From Enoplolaimus lenunculus (Eukaryota): a DNA stretch of 64,000 nt. Made by a program: the position numbers and the translations under genes. Positions 1-13,221 of this stretch are shown piece after piece (position 1 is the first letter of the stretch; each line of letters starts with the position of its first letter). The notes beneath the pieces are model-generated. The model saw nothing but the letters and a program-made list of their open reading frames with translations. It had not been told where the DNA came from and ran no database searches. The stretch lies in contig JASANG010002214.1 in the NCBI GenBank assembly GCA_030248215.1, positions 1-64,000 on the forward strand. The letters are read 5' to 3'.

Positions 1-52
1 TTCTTATTAATTTTAAGCCTAATCGTAAAGTCTCGTAGGCCATTAATAAGAT

Positions 53-240
53 GGCCCATGTATAGAACAGGGCCGGAACAGTAGTATAACCGTATTCCTA
101 AGCCCAAGTTTAAGCGTATGGATGAGCCTATTCCTAAGTGTAAGCCTAAGACTAAGCAAAAAATTATTGTAAAGCTTAAACTGACTCTATTATAGCCCCT
201 CAGGAAAACGATCCGGCCCTGTTCTATATATACATGGGCC
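53..240 (+). mobile_element. TTAGGC-bearing MITE, subfamily B
   Basis: TIR GGCCCATGTATAGAACAGGGCCGGA; perfect 8-bp TSD aataagat. Confidence 0.85.
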
Positions 241-828
241 AATAAGATTGTGTCACAAGTTAAAATGCTTGGTGGGAGAACCTTTGGTTAAGCCTTAACC
301 TAACCAATAGGAATACATGTGCGAGATCGAAGAATTTAATGATGATCATTGAGCTTAGCAAGCAAGAGTCAGTAAAACTAACTCCAAGCAAGAGTATGCA
401 ACCTATGGTATTTTATATGGCACAAAATGTACAAGCACGCGTTGCATTTTTGACATACCATTATAAGATAGTATCACATTTTAATGCAAACGTCTTCTAA
501 ATTGTTCTATAACAAACAGAGAGTCTGTAAATTTAGCAAATATGACTCATCTGACTACAATGCATTTCGCGTTTTAAAAAGCGTTTATATTAAATTCTAA
601 AATAGGGTTTTGGCAATGGCTAAAGCGCGTTTACAGTGCTTTTGATAGCATTCATTTCAAACGTACACCGCTGACAATATTTTGAAATATAATATGCTGT
701 TTAAAGTGCGAAAAAAGATTTTAAAATAATGTTTATTGACATAATAATTGTCAAGTTTTAACCTGGTCTAAAATTCTATAGAAACCAATTTATTCGATTG
801 CTTATAATGCAGATTCCTGTGATTTCAG

Positions 829-918
829 TATGCTACAAGCGCGTCAGACACTGCAAGAGTATATTTGCAAGATTTCATTGATTTCGTTGGCGATTTATTA
901 GTATTGAACAAAATTAAG
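829..918 (+). CDS. unc-79: UNC-79 (NALCN channel complex subunit), internal exon; gene begins upstream of window
   Basis: tttcag|...|gtaaat; encodes YATSASDTARVYLQDFIDFVGDLLVLNKIK, resembling the UNC79 segment preceding the EDT.GG motif; in phase with next exon. Confidence 0.8.
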
Positions 919-1016
919 GTAAATGTTGTTATGTTATTTGGCAATTTTTTTACGTTACCTTGAACTGTGCAGTCAGTTTTGTTCGAGTCCTAAGACGAGT
1001 AATTAAGTATTATATA

Positions 1017-1334
1017 TGTCGTAGCCCAAGTCATAATTCAGTCCAATTCTGAATTGTTTTTGTTCGAAGCGGAATTACGACTTTCGCTAGCCGAAGGCTG
1101 AATCATGTCTGATAAAGCTGTGCGCTTACTGAATGGTTACTGTCTAACAGCAAATTCGCTTTAGTAAATCTAACTGCTTGGTAGCTACAGGTACTTAACG
1201 ATTACTTAGCCAATCAAACCACAGTATTCGCATCAGCTAATCGTATTTGAGTACGGCATTAAGACTCCATATCGTAATTCTGCGCTAGACTAGCCTAATT
1301 CGGAATGCGTTGAATTGCGGCTTGGGCTACGACA
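1017..1334. mobile_element. MITE inserted in a TA run
   Basis: TIR TGTCGTAGCCCAAG / CTTGGGCTACGACA extended by imperfect inverted arms; flanked by tatata. Confidence 0.65.
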
Positions 1335-2057
1335 TATATATCGCGCGGCGTCCCTATCAGAAATTTCTACATCAGCCACTGTTACTGAGCACTCGGAAAA
1401 TTCTTTCACAACTTATATTACATGGTATCTCATCGTGTGTACGAATAGGTAACAAATTTTTGTCGACGCGTACTTGACGCTTAGTGTGAAAAGCATTTTA
1501 GCTAGCTAATTAATTAGTTAATTAATTAATGTTTGTAATTTAAAATAAATAATGGGTTAGCTAGCATTGAAATTTTTAAAAAACTACACTTCCCCGCTCG
1601 TATATATGTATATATATTCGTTTAGGTATATGCTCAAGTTTAGGAAAAGGAATAGCTATGCCTAAGTTTAAGCCTTTGGCTAAACCTGTTTCTATGCCTA
1701 AGCCTCAATGTTTTGCTATATGGGGAAAATGTACAAGAGCCTAATGTTTTAAGTCTTTTACTGGCTCTGCCAAAACGGAATCGGGTATTACCGTTGCGTC
1801 CGCATAATATGTCTTGTATGGCTCTACTTATGCGTTTGCCATTTTCCGATAAGTACCGCAACTTTTGTTCAGTCTACATGCGTTTGCTTGTCCCATGGTG
1901 TCCAAAACTGGACAGTATCGGTAATCAGAGACGCATTCAACTGGTGATCAATAAGGCAACATATCCAATCTCGAAATTTTTTGAAAATCTCCTACAACAT
2001 ATTTATTGGTTCTCAAATTGAAATCCTGGCTATACTCTTGTGAATTTTACGTTTCAG

Positions 2058-2233
2058 AACACAACGTTTCCGCGTGGTTCGTGTTTTCGTGAAGATACGC
2101 TTGGCGGCGAATTGAAAGCTGCATTGTCGCGTTTTACTGCAGTCGAAATTGCTAAAGGCATGCAGCGTGACTCACGAATGGTGATTCGATTTTTGCCATG
2201 GCTTTATAATCCGCCATCGGTAACACAGCAAGG
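2058..2233 (+). CDS. unc-79: UNC-79 exon
   Basis: tttcag|...|gtatgt; EDTLGGELK...RFLPWLYNPPSVTQQG resembles UNC79 C-terminal EDTFGGHLK...YLPWLYHPPSAMQQG as recalled. Confidence 0.9.
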
Positions 2234-3025
2234 GTATGTTGCCGTTTTTAAACTGACAAGCAGTGAATTTGACTCATGTTGCTTTGATTGACGTAGAGTT
2301 TTTCCGCATGACTCATTAGAGTAAGCTTAAGCTTTAGACTAATTTTTTTGCATATACTTTGACCTAAGCGTAGTTATAAACTTATCTCTACGCTGAGGCT
2401 TAGACGTAGAAATATGCATATACAAATGTTACGCTCCTCAAAGTGATGTTGGTCAAAATAGTTTTCATTATAAGACTTTGAAGTGCACACAGCTGTAGTA
2501 TTTGCTAAACTATGTTATTATTTATTTATACTCAAACGTTCGCAGTAAAAACTAATTGCCAACTCTAATTATTGCTAGTTACTCGCCAAGATTATGCTTA
2601 AATTTTTAAACCAGCATTAAAATGTCTCGGCATCACAAGGATTTCAAAAGAACTAAATATGTTGGCTATTTTACCTATTTAATTGATCATTTATTTGCAC
2701 TCAAACTCTTCCCCCCCTGCAAAGCTGCGTAAAAGCTTGCGTTAATCTGTATAAATACAACAATTGGGGCCCCTATTAATTATACGGGTCTGCCCACAAG
2801 AGGACAGCAGGTTAGGTTGACTTAGAAGCTGGGATGTTTATTAGGCTTAGGATTAGGTTTAGGCTTGGCGTTAGTAGACAGGCCAGTTTAGTTGACATGA
2901 GCAAAATTGGCATGAAGCGTGAATTTTTTCCTAATTGTGTTTTCTCGACCAGAATTGGGGATATGTAGGCCAAACGCACGGGTACAGGTATATTTGAACT
3001 GAATTCATATTTTTGAAACTTTTAG

Positions 3026-3200
3026 TCCAAACGAATTCGTTGAGTGCGTAGGACACGTACGATTGCTCGCATGGCAACTGCTCGGAGCCCTACTGCACGA
3101 CGCTCCAGTCGCCCTTTGTCTTCCAGTTCCATTAGATGCGTCTACTGCAATCTCGGATCATATCCAATTTGTGCTCGCCGGGTTCGCTGAGCAATCTAAA
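3026..3200 (+). CDS. unc-79: UNC-79 exon
   Basis: ttttag|...|gttagt; PNEFVECVGHVRLLAWQLLGAL...CLPVPLDA...GFAEQSK; phase 2 joins previous exon. Confidence 0.9.
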
Positions 3201-3769
3201 GTTAGTTGTTTTTCGCATGAATATTTTCTATTTCATCGGAACATCCGGTTTCGAGTCATAATTCGAACCCCGTATTGTCGCAGAGAAAGTGTCAACTTTA
3301 CTCTCAGCCCGTGAGAGAACTCTCAAGTATTGTAAAGATTCGTAAAAACACTGCGCTCATTGTGCATTATTTTGCGTACACAAATTGCAATTTTGCAATT
3401 AGTTCTTCGCGGTATATACACTACGTGGGGAAACGTTAATAACGGTATTAAGATATGGCGTCCGACCATTTGCAGAAATCTACATGAAACTTGCTTCAAA
3501 GAAGTAATTTTTTATATGATTAATAATTAATGTTCTGTGTTCAGCTAATAGTTGCAACGAATATGTTGTGCAATTTTAAAAAATTTCAAACAAACTTAAG
3601 TAAAAATCACAAAATTTGATGCGTGTGCCTGGCGCTATATCCACAAACATTTCGCTGGACATAACATCAAATTAGCCTCAGCCCCGTAGAAAAGTTTTCG
3701 TTTTAATTATTAAACGTAATTATTTCCAGTATAACATTAATTAATAGGTTTGATTTTGTTGTTTTATAG

Positions 3770-3820
3770 GAATCAGTTCTGCATATGTCCGCGTTGTTTC
3801 ACGCGTTTCATTTATGCCAG
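3770..3820 (+). CDS. unc-79: UNC-79 exon
   Basis: ttatag|...|gtacag; ESVLHMSALFHAFHLCQ. Confidence 0.88.
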
Positions 3821-4360
3821 GTACAGTTTGTTAGATGCTTTCACTATACCAATTTCTGATGGCGTTCGCCCGAAATTTGCATTCTGCTAGCGAAGCCTTC
3901 GCCTAAACCTAAGCCTAGAATTTGCAAATTGCTAACGATTATTTTTAATTAAAGCAATGCCTCTACCTGATGAAACAAGTTACATTGCCAGAGTGACCAT
4001 TATCGGTTTCTGGGTGCGCATTTACATATAGGACCTAAATGATGTTTGCAACTTGCGGCGACTTTTAACCACCCAAGTCACTGCAGCCAGGAACCAGTTT
4101 ATTTTCAGTGGTCACTTAATATTTTGTGTGCCTAAGCCTAAGCCTAAATTTACTAAACGTGTTTAGGTAAATACCTTGTTGTTGACTTATTGGTTTAAAT
4201 CTTCAAGTCATTACAATATTGTATTAAGCCGTCCGTCGCCATCCGTCCCTCGTCATTCGCCGTCCCTCACTGTGCGGTACTGTGCCCAGCGGACGGACGG
4301 TGCCGGGCGGCATTTAAATTTTTAGCACCACCCATAAGGTTATAGTATAACGTTTTAAAG

Positions 4361-4501
4361 CTCTGGACCATCTATTGCGAGCAAGCAACACTTCACGCCC
4401 CAACGGAATCAAATATTGGAACAATAGCGATGAATAATGCAATGGATTTTTGGTGCCGTATAACACCAGCTATTCTGCAACTTTTATCACATTCCAAAGT
4501 G
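4361..4501 (+). CDS. unc-79: UNC-79 exon
   Basis: ttaaag|...|gtacgc; LWTIYCEQA...AMDFWCRITPAILQLLSHSKV. Confidence 0.88.
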
Positions 4502-4648
4502 GTACGCATGTTATGTTATTTCTCAGTCTAGCGTTGTAGGCGGAGGGAGGGGATGGTTGAACGGTCAAAGCTATCCCCTTTAAAATATTTTTGGTAAGGC
4601 GGTTTTCCGATTGTAACACACAAGAAACTGTCGCTTTTCGCAAATTTT

Positions 4649-4848
4649 GGCCAATGTAAAGAATAGGGGCGGAACAGTATTATGAGCATATTCCTAAGCA
4701 TAAACCTAAGCCTAAGCGTATGAATGAGCATATTTCTAAGCATAAGCCTAAGCCTAAACCTAAACCAAGCAAAAAATAGTCTAAAGCATAAGCTTACTCT
4801 GTTCTACTCTCACAGACAAACTCTCCGCCCCTGATCTTTACATGGGCC
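4649..4848 (+). mobile_element. TTAGGC-bearing MITE, subfamily A
   Basis: TIR GGCCAATGTAAAGAA..GGGGCGGA; TSD caaatttt/aaaatttt. Confidence 0.8.
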
Positions 4849-5179
4849 AAAATTTTCATAAATCGTAACTCCGCTTCTTTCCAAAATCGTAGCTACGCGT
4901 TTGGCTCAGACAGTTGCATATTGCAATCTTGAAATTCAATTAGCTACCATCTTTGCTAGAATGGTGCTATAAACAGACCGCGTTTAGAAATTAGGAGCAG
5001 GGCGTACAGTAAGAAGTGCTTCCCCTGAAGACTTTCAAAACCAAAATTTTGTATTATGATTTAGAATGCTAAAATTGCATTTTGTTAGACATATTTTATA
5101 TTATGACACCCACATTTTGTGGGGTGTTGTATCTGCTGCTGCGAGTCTTGACTGAATGGATACTCTATATGTAGTCGTC

Positions 5180-5368
5180 GGCCGATGTAAAGATCAGAGG
5201 CGGAACGTTTTTCTGTGGGACAAGAAAGGAGTAAGCTTAAGCAATTTCTTACGTTAGGCTTAGGCTTAGACTTAGGCTTAGGATTAGGATTAGGATTAGG
5301 ATTAGGATTAGGATTAGGATTATGAATATGCTTATAATACAGTCTCGTCCTTGTTGTATACATTGGCC
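5180..5368 (-). mobile_element. TTAGGC-bearing MITE, subfamily A, with (TTAGGA)n variant run
   Basis: perfect TSD tagtcgtc; TIRs present. Confidence 0.8.
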
Positions 5369-5827
5369 TAGTCGTCGATACAAGCAATAAAAGAAACTAA
5401 AATTCGTTCTCGAACAATTTATTGCGTACTGTGACGGTAAGTCGGTAAAACGTTGCTTCGTTTAACAGTACCAAAAGACGATGATAACTCCATGGACAAG
5501 AATATGCAACTTGTGCGCTATCGCACGATGCAAAATGTACCAGCGCGCGTTGCGTTTTGCCAGACCCCCTCATGTTCACGGTGTACCTACCACGTGAACA
5601 CATAGCAAGCAAATATATTAGCTTTTTGAATGTTGCCGAAACGATATCGGTTCAAATTGTAAATATTGTTGCAACATATCCCCCATACAATGAAGGAGTC
5701 GTTCAAAAACACAACGCGTGCCGGGTACATCTTTTCCTATACAAAATTTACCCAGTTGCATACTTTTATCTGTCTACAAGAGTGATTATCCACTCTTTGT
5801 AGTAGTAATGTTTATTTTTCATTTCAG

Positions 5828-5905
5828 CTTGCAGACATGGTAAATTTGCATTTTTTGAACACTGTAGAAGCTTTGCAAGAATGCAATTCGAGCGTACTGT
5901 CAAAG
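5828..5905 (+). CDS. unc-79: UNC-79 exon
   Basis: tttcag|...|gtataa; LADMVNLHFLNTVEALQECNSSVLSK. Confidence 0.88.
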
Positions 5906-5918
5906 GTATAAAATAGAT

Positions 5919-6113
5919 GACCAATGTAAAGAACAGGGACGGAACAGTATTATAAGCATATTCCTAAGCATAAGCCTAAGCGTAAGAATGCGCATATTCC
6001 TAAGCCAAAGCTTAAGCCTAAAGCCAAGCAAAAAAATCAGCAGTCTAAAGCCTAAGCTTACTCTATTCTCGTCCCACAGAAAAACGTTCCACCCCTCATC
6101 TTTACAATGGGCC
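5919..6113 (+). mobile_element. TTAGGC-bearing MITE, subfamily A
   Basis: TIRs; TSD aaatagat/aaatagtt; 13 bp after an unc-79 exon. Confidence 0.8.
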
Positions 6114-6397
6114 AAATAGTTAAATTTCACTCAAATCTACCATGAATTTTCTATAATATTTCAGTGGTAAAGTTATATTGCAGTTTCATTTTCTACCAAC
6201 TCAACTTTCAATAATTATGAGTCTGAAATTTTGCAATGTACCTTGTAAAATGTAGTTGTTGCTAACATTGCACTAAATTTCGCAGGTTTATTTATTTTGA
6301 TTGATTCGTGCAAATCAAAAACGACCAGGTTACAAATAAGTGCTACACACATTTGAGAATACAAACGCTTTTATAGCACATTTATATTTTGTTTTAG

Positions 6398-6442
6398 CTT
6401 TATCCTATGTGGCAACCAATACTATTGGCGTATCATACACAG
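6398..6442 (+). CDS. unc-79: UNC-79 exon
   Basis: ttttag|...|gtcagt; LYPMWQPILLAYHTQ. Confidence 0.82.
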
Positions 6443-6540
6443 GTCAGTGGTCCACAGGTAGCAAATTGTGATGCAACTGAAATTCCGAGCTTTCGTTTTA
6501 ACGTTGTAGCGCTAATTATTAATAAAATGTATGTAAGTAT

Positions 6541-6715
6541 ATAATAATAATAATAACAATAATAGTAATAATAATGATAATAATAATATTATTAATAATA
6601 ATAATAATAATAAATAAATAATAATAATAACAACAATAATAATACTACTAATAATAATAACAACAAAAATAATACTACTAATAATAACAACAACAAAAAT
6701 AATACTACTAATACT
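6541..6715. repeat. Degenerate (AAT/AAC)n microsatellite
   Basis: direct inspection. Confidence 0.85.
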
Positions 6716-7548
6716 GATATGCTAGTTAATTTAAAAGCAAACCTTAGTCGGTGAAGGAACAAAAATTTTGTTGAGCCATGCATTTCTGCAAATCCCATCC
6801 TCTGAAATACGCAGCGCCGTATTTAATCTTAACAGTAGTGCCTAAATTAGCAGCCCCTGCCTTGTGCCGGATGATTCCCATACCGAAAAGCTTGAGTGAA
6901 ATTGATTTATCAAACGTTTGAACCCAAACGTATGCAATAGACCAAAATTCTGATCATTCTAAAACTAACAAGTAAAGTCTTTTTTATCACAAACAAACGC
7001 TCAAAATAACAGCATGAGGACGCCGATGAATCAAAGCCAGGCTCGGCATATTGACCAGTGTTTACTTTGAAGACCTTAACAGTAGTATAAACGTATTCCT
7101 GAGCCTAAACTTAACCCTATTTTCCGCGTAAAGTTAAGCCTATAACTTAGACTATGCTTAAGCCTAAGTCTAAAACAGAAAACAGTCTAAAGCATATTAT
7201 GTTGGCTCTATTGTATTCCGGCGGAAAAATGGTGCATCATTTAAAAGTAGCATGGATCGATATGGAATTTCTGAGCGACACTTTGTGTTATTTCGACGTG
7301 AGTGTTTTTCCAATTACTTCAATTTTTTTAATAATCTGTTTCGGTTGTGTTTTCGACGAAAATGGCTCAAAATTTGCTTAAGCCGTTTTTGGCAAAGTTT
7401 TCTGAAATGTCCAACAGTAAATCGGTGATGAAAATTAGTTCAAATTCCGGTTCCTGTTCCTGTTCCGGCAAAATTTATTTCCTGTTCGAACCCTGCAATA
7501 TACGTATAGTGCTTGGTGTATATATATTTTTGTTTTAATAAATTTAAG

Positions 7549-7710
7549 GTTCCTGTTCATTTAGTGGTACGTTTGGATGCAGTTGAGAATCGTGTTCCGT
7601 TTTCGAAGGGCGAAAATAAGCAATTGCAAGCATGGCTGCGACGAATTCAGTTGAAAATTAGTAAGATTGAACTGCAGTCTGCAGTCGCAACACAGTTTTA
7701 TTCAGTTTAA
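7549..7710 (+). CDS. unc-79: UNC-79 terminal coding exon
   Basis: tttaag| VPVHLVVRLDAVEN...LQAWLRRIQLKISKIELQSAVATQFYSV*, resembling the UNC79 C-terminus (…VEIQSSEAASQFYPL). Confidence 0.88.
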   Translation, partial: VPVHLVVRLDAVENRVPFSKGENKQLQAWLRRIQLKISKIELQSAVATQFYSV

Positions 7711-8884
7711 TCTGTGTATACATTTAAATCAATTTGTTACTAAAAGGCTTTGGAATATGCTCATTCTTACGCTTAGGTTTAGGCTTAGGCTTAGGCTAAG
7801 GAATATGCTTATAATACTGTTCCGCCACTGTTCTTTACATTGCGTGTGAAATGAAACAAATTGTTTACGAAAATGGTTAAAAAATTCTTAAGCTTAAGCC
7901 TAAGCGTAAACGTTACAAATATTTGTTCCTAAGCCTACGCCTAAGCCTAAACAAAAATGTAATCTAGCATCTAAACCTACACTTTTGTAAACCCACCACA
8001 AACCTGGACGCCCCTTAAAGTAACATGTGCCCTATCGTTTCCTTGAGACGGATAATAAACATGGTTAAAATGACAATGGCAACAGTAATATGTCAATTTT
8101 TTTCTTTCACTGACTGATTTTAGAATTGACAACATTACAAGGTATATATGCAGAAGTATACGTTGGTGGAAATATTTTTTACCCGCGAGTATACCCGTGA
8201 AGAACTAATTTACCTACTACCCACATTTAGCCACCGTCACTTTTTTCTTCTGCGTTCAGTACAATTGTGTAATTTTACAGTGCATTGATGTTGGTCGCTC
8301 GATTTTTAATTATTAACAAAAAACTAAAAGTTTGACAAATTTTAACGGTTAAATTCATTTGAAACTTCCAAATTTTTGTGAAATTGGTGTTTGAAGGAAG
8401 GTGGTCTTTGTATTCAGATGTATTATGTAATAAAACTTTTTTGAATTGTATTTGTATCGTAGATTTCTCATTTTGCACCTCGTGTACAAGTTTTAACGCA
8501 GTTTTACCACATTAAGCCTTGGTATTGGTTTTGATTCTTGTTGGACGAGTGGGAGGCATTGTCCGGGTGCGTTTCCTTGGATCAGCCATTGACAACAATA
8601 ACCGCAACAATTATTATAGTGACGAGGAAAGTGTAACCAAAATTTGTTTAGGCTTTTCAGGCGTTTACTGGGTTAATAAATAATAGGCTCGACATAGCTA
8701 AAAACATATACCTAAAGTGTTACAAACATGACTAAAACAAGTGTTGTTATTAGTATTCATTGCGTCAAAAATCAGTCAATAAAATATAATAGCAATAATC
8801 ACAGATATAACACCATTTAGCTATTTTTGGAGTTTGATTCTGCTTTAACAATAGCAATATAATTTTATGGCAACGAGGAAGTTG

Positions 8885-9333
8885 TACTGTATTGACCCGA
8901 ATAAGAGGGGGAGGGGTAATAAGAGGGGGTCCCCATTTTGATTCCGAATCAATTGGAGTCCGTAACCCTAATAAGAGTCCGTAAGCGGATAGAGTCCCTA
9001 AACCCTAGAGTCCATAAATGTCAATAAACCCTAATTGTAGCGCGTAAATGACTCCAGGACCAAATAATTTGAGTTCGAAACTTTAAAGCGTATTTAAATT
9101 TTGGAAAGTATATACATTCCTAAGTATATCCTTGAATTATCGCTCAAGCTATTGACACAAAACAAATAAACGTTTATTTCAATGGATAATTGCAATACCG
9201 GATATATATCAGTAACGATGGACGGTGGAGCGTGTGTTAAAAATAAACAGCACGCAACCGAATAACAAGGGGGGTACCCTCTGGAGAGGCCAAATAAATA
9301 TCAGTTTCCCCTCTTATTCGGGTCACTACAGTA
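8885..9333 (+). mobile_element. ~445-bp TA-flanked MITE (Tc1/mariner superfamily, Tc2/pogo-like ends)
   Basis: TA-CTGTATTGACCCGAATAAGAGGGG ... CCCCTCTTATTCGGGTCACTACAG-TA; multiple copies in window. Confidence 0.8.
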
Positions 9334-9353
9334 CCAAAAAGTTTACATATTTT

Positions 9354-9558
9354 GGCCAATGTAATGAACAGGGGCGGAACAGTATCATAAGCATATTCCG
9401 AAGACTATTAAGCCTAAGCTTTAAGCCTAAGCGTAAGAATGAGCATATTCCTAAACCTAAGCGTAAGATAAGCCAAGCAAAAAATTAGCCTGAAGCTTTA
9501 AGTTTAGTCTTTTCTAGTCCCACGGAAAAATGTTCCGCCCCTAATCTTTACATGGGCC
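9354..9558 (+). mobile_element. TTAGGC-bearing MITE, subfamily A
   Basis: both TIRs and core; TSD not evident. Confidence 0.75.
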
Positions 9559-9656
9559 TATTGATTATAGGGGCCTACCCAATAAAGTTCAGCCTAATGC
9601 TTAGCGTAAGCATTAACATAAGCATAAGCAAAACATATTTTAAGCCCAAGCCTGAG

Positions 9657-10093
9657 TACTGTAGTGACCCGAATAGGACGGGGACTGATATATATTTGGC
9701 CTCTCCAGAGGCTACCCACCACCCACCTGTTATTCGGTTACGGAGTTATGTATTTTACACTCACGCTCTGCCACCCTTCGTTACTATTATATATCCGGTA
9801 TTTATACGTTGAATTAAAAGTTTATTAGATTTGTATCAAAAGCTTGAGCAATAACGCTATAATTAGGAATGTACTTTCAAAATTTACGTATGCTTTAAAC
9901 TTTCGAACTTAACTTTATTTGGTCCTGAAGTCATTTATGTACTACAATTAGGGACAATTAACATTTATATTCTAATTAGACGTTTAGGGACTCTATCCAC
10001 TTACGGACTCTTACTAGAGATACGGACTCCTATTGATTGAGATTCAAAATGGGACCCCCTCTTATTAGCCCTCTTGTTCGGATCACTATAGTA
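9657..10093 (-). mobile_element. ~445-bp TA-flanked MITE
   Basis: inverted copy of 8885-9333. Confidence 0.8.
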
Positions 10094-10259
10094 TATGCCG
10101 TAAACCTTGCAGTGTCTAAAGTGTAAAGTCCACAGCCTTCTTGTCTCTCACTGGGCCGAATATAAGCATGAACTTAGGCCATTTAAACAGTGAAAACATC
10201 AAAATATGGGACCAAAACTTGTATAAAAGTGATTTGAGGTAGAATTTCTTTGTTGGCGT

Positions 10260-10480
10260 GGTCCATGTGTAGAACAGGGCCGGATCGTTTTCCGGAGGCG
10301 CTGTAACAGAGTCAGTTTAAGCTTCAGACTAAATTTTTAGCTTAGGCTTATGCTTGGGCGTAAGCTTAGGAATAGGCTCATCCATACGCTTAGGCTTAGG
10401 AATAGGCTCATCCATACGCCTAGGCTTAGGCTTAGGAATATGCTTTTGCTACTGTTCCGGCCCAGTTCTATTCATGGGCC
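10260..10480 (-). mobile_element. TTAGGC-bearing MITE, subfamily B
   Basis: both TIRs; no TSD; shares flank with copy at 52967. Confidence 0.75.
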
Positions 10481-10632
10481 AATCAACACGTATCTAAATG
10501 ACTAGTCGGGCTTAATTTTTAGAATGATATACCTACCTTGAATGGTGTAGACCAAGTAGTAACAAATAGCAATGATTGTGTCAATAAACTATTAACTCAA
10601 CGTCCGAAAACGATTACAAAATTAGCTTTTTT

Positions 10633-10786
10633 AGCCCATGTAAAGATCAGGAACGGATAGTTTTTCTGTCGGACTAAATATAGAGTACGCTTAATCTTTA
10701 GACTAATTTTTTGCTTGAGTTAGGCTTAAGCTTAAGCTTAGGAATATGCTAATAATACTGTTCCGTCGCTGTTTATTACATTGGCC
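10633..10786 (-). mobile_element. TTAGGC-bearing MITE, subfamily A (short)
   Basis: perfect TSD gctttttt. Confidence 0.8.
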
Positions 10787-11727
10787 GCTTTTTTGCAACT
10801 TTTTTCTTCCATGATGGCAATTATTTTATTGCAACGAGAAAGTTGTCGCGAAGAGCAACTTTTCAAAATTGTAATGCTTCAGCGGCACAACTTATCTCAA
10901 AATATGTAGCAGTCCTTGATAAACTCAAAGTCAGCATCGGTTTATTTTAAAAATACATTTTTTTTCAAATTTCAAAATTTCTTCTTTTTGAGTATTTAAA
11001 CCAACGGGATTTTTAGACATTGCAAACTCATTGGACGATGCCGTCTTAATAGCGAAAAAAATTTTCCAGCCGAAATCATTGTAAAAGTTCAATGGCAGTC
11101 TTAATTTTTGTTCAATGTCCGTCGACTTTGTGAACTGGTGACTATATGTATAGAACAGGGCCGTAACAGTAGTGAAGGTATATTCCTAAGCCTATTAGGC
11201 TTAGGAATTCGACTTTTTACTGTTTTATTTAGCGTGCACAAATTCCATGGTCCTGTATAAATATCATATGATATTTAGTAGAATTTTGGAATATCATATG
11301 ATATTCGCATAAAATATCCCGCAGTGTCAAATGACAAATGGTTATTTGTATACGATGATCGCTTGATATCAGTGATTTGTAAGCCAATGTCATATGACAT
11401 TCACATTTTGTCTACATAACCGCTATTCGGATCACAAAATTTTATGTTGACGTCGAATCAACTTGGACAAAACGTGTTCCAAGCTGCCCCGGTTATAACG
11501 TGAACACCGCATAAGCCTAAGCGTAAAAATACGCCAATACCTAAGCCTAAATACCTATGCCTGAGCAAAAAATTCGTCTAAAGCTTACGCCCACTTTCTA
11601 TTGTAGTCCCGCGAAACTCAAAAGCAGGCCCGCAGTAGTACGTATCATGTTTTTTCTCTAATACTAGCGCATAAATGGCTCCATGTCCAAATAAACTAAA
11701 ATTCGAAACTTTAAAGTGTACTTAAGT

Positions 11728-11917
11728 GGCCCATGTAAAGATCAGGGTCAGAACGTATTTCTGTGAGACTAGAAGAGTAAGTTTAAGCTTTAGACTATTA
11801 TTTTTTTGCTTGACGTAGGCTCAGGCTTAGGCTTAGGAATATGCTCATTCTTACGCTTAGGCTTAGGCTTAGGAATATGCTTATAATACTGTTCCGCCCC
11901 TGTTCTTTACATTGGCC
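11728..11917 (-). mobile_element. TTAGGC-bearing MITE, subfamily A, nested in a TA-TSD MITE (~11660-12154)
   Basis: TIRs; host sequence resumes on both sides; duplicated (c/t)ttaagt. Confidence 0.8.
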
Positions 11918-13221
11918 TTTAAGTTTTGTAAGTAACATTCCAGAGTAACCTTGCATTTATCGCTCCAGTTTTTGATACAACGAAAAAACGTTTAATTCAA
12001 CGGATAGTTGCAAAACCGGATATATATCAGTAACGAAGGATAGCGGAGGGCTCGTTGGAAATAAATAACAGTCCGCAACCGAATAGCAAGGGAGATGCCC
12101 TCTGAATAGGCAAGATGAATATGAGTTCCCCCTCTTATTCGGGTCACTACAGTACGTTCCAGCTCGAGTTTTCTGTCACGTCATCTTGAAGATACTGAAC
12201 TTATGCCTTGGCTATGATTTATTAATTTTTAAATGAATGGAAGTGCAGTGTTTACTATGGCAAATATGATTTTGGTTTTGGCGAAGTCAAGTATTATAAA
12301 TTTTCAACAGCATATGTATTTTAGAGAACACAAACGTTTTGGTACATGAGCATAATTTCTAAATTAAGCATAAAATACTGTGCCGAAAAGTACATTTAAC
12401 CTAAGTGTCTTTCTAGCAAACATAGCAAACGAGTCAATTTCTTCTGATCTCTAAACATTTATTAACAGGTTATTTTAAACTTTGTAAACTAATTATTTAA
12501 ACAAAAAACATACCCACTTAATACCATTTTGCCAACTACGCGTTAAAGACTGCAGTTGCCTTTAACAGACCGCTTTTCCGGAATAATTCTATCAACCCTG
12601 ACATTGATTTTACACTTTCAGCAAATTATATTTTTGACATTATTCTATATTTTGTCACCTGGAAAAATTTTGCCGCCCCACTAGAAAATTTTTAACCTTG
12701 CTTATATTAATTAACTCATTGCAAACCCTTGAATGCCCGTCCTGAAAATTTTTTAGTCTCCTCCCCTAACAAGGTGAGCTGGCTACGGGCCTGACTGAAG
12801 TTTAATTATTTCAAGTGACGCGGAGTACAAAACAACAACGCCCATGCTCGTCATATATCGTGTTACTTTTTCCACAACCTTTTAACCCACGCATAAAATA
12901 GTCGACGAGATATGTTTTCAGCTTTTAGTGTCAATCACAATTCGCAACAAACTGGTGTTTGAAAACCCGATTACATCGTTAAATGATACCGCAAGTGTTT
13001 GTATAAAGCAGGGGCGTATCCGCAGGAGTTTAGTTCAAAAGCGTATATTAACACCACTCGTCTAAAAATGTTTATTTGTGCCACCGAGAATAGCGTGTGA
13101 GAAATTATTATACTTTGACCTCCGAGTGAATATTTTCGAGCATTTAAAAGTGTCGCTTTGAAGGTATTTTCATAAATCACCAAACCATGGGTACCTATAA
13201 TATGGTGATTTTTAATATTCG

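Noticed and set aside
1713..2021. 102-aa ORF in unc-79 intron
   Set aside because: Flanking exons 829-918 and 2058-2233 join in frame without it; no recognisable domain
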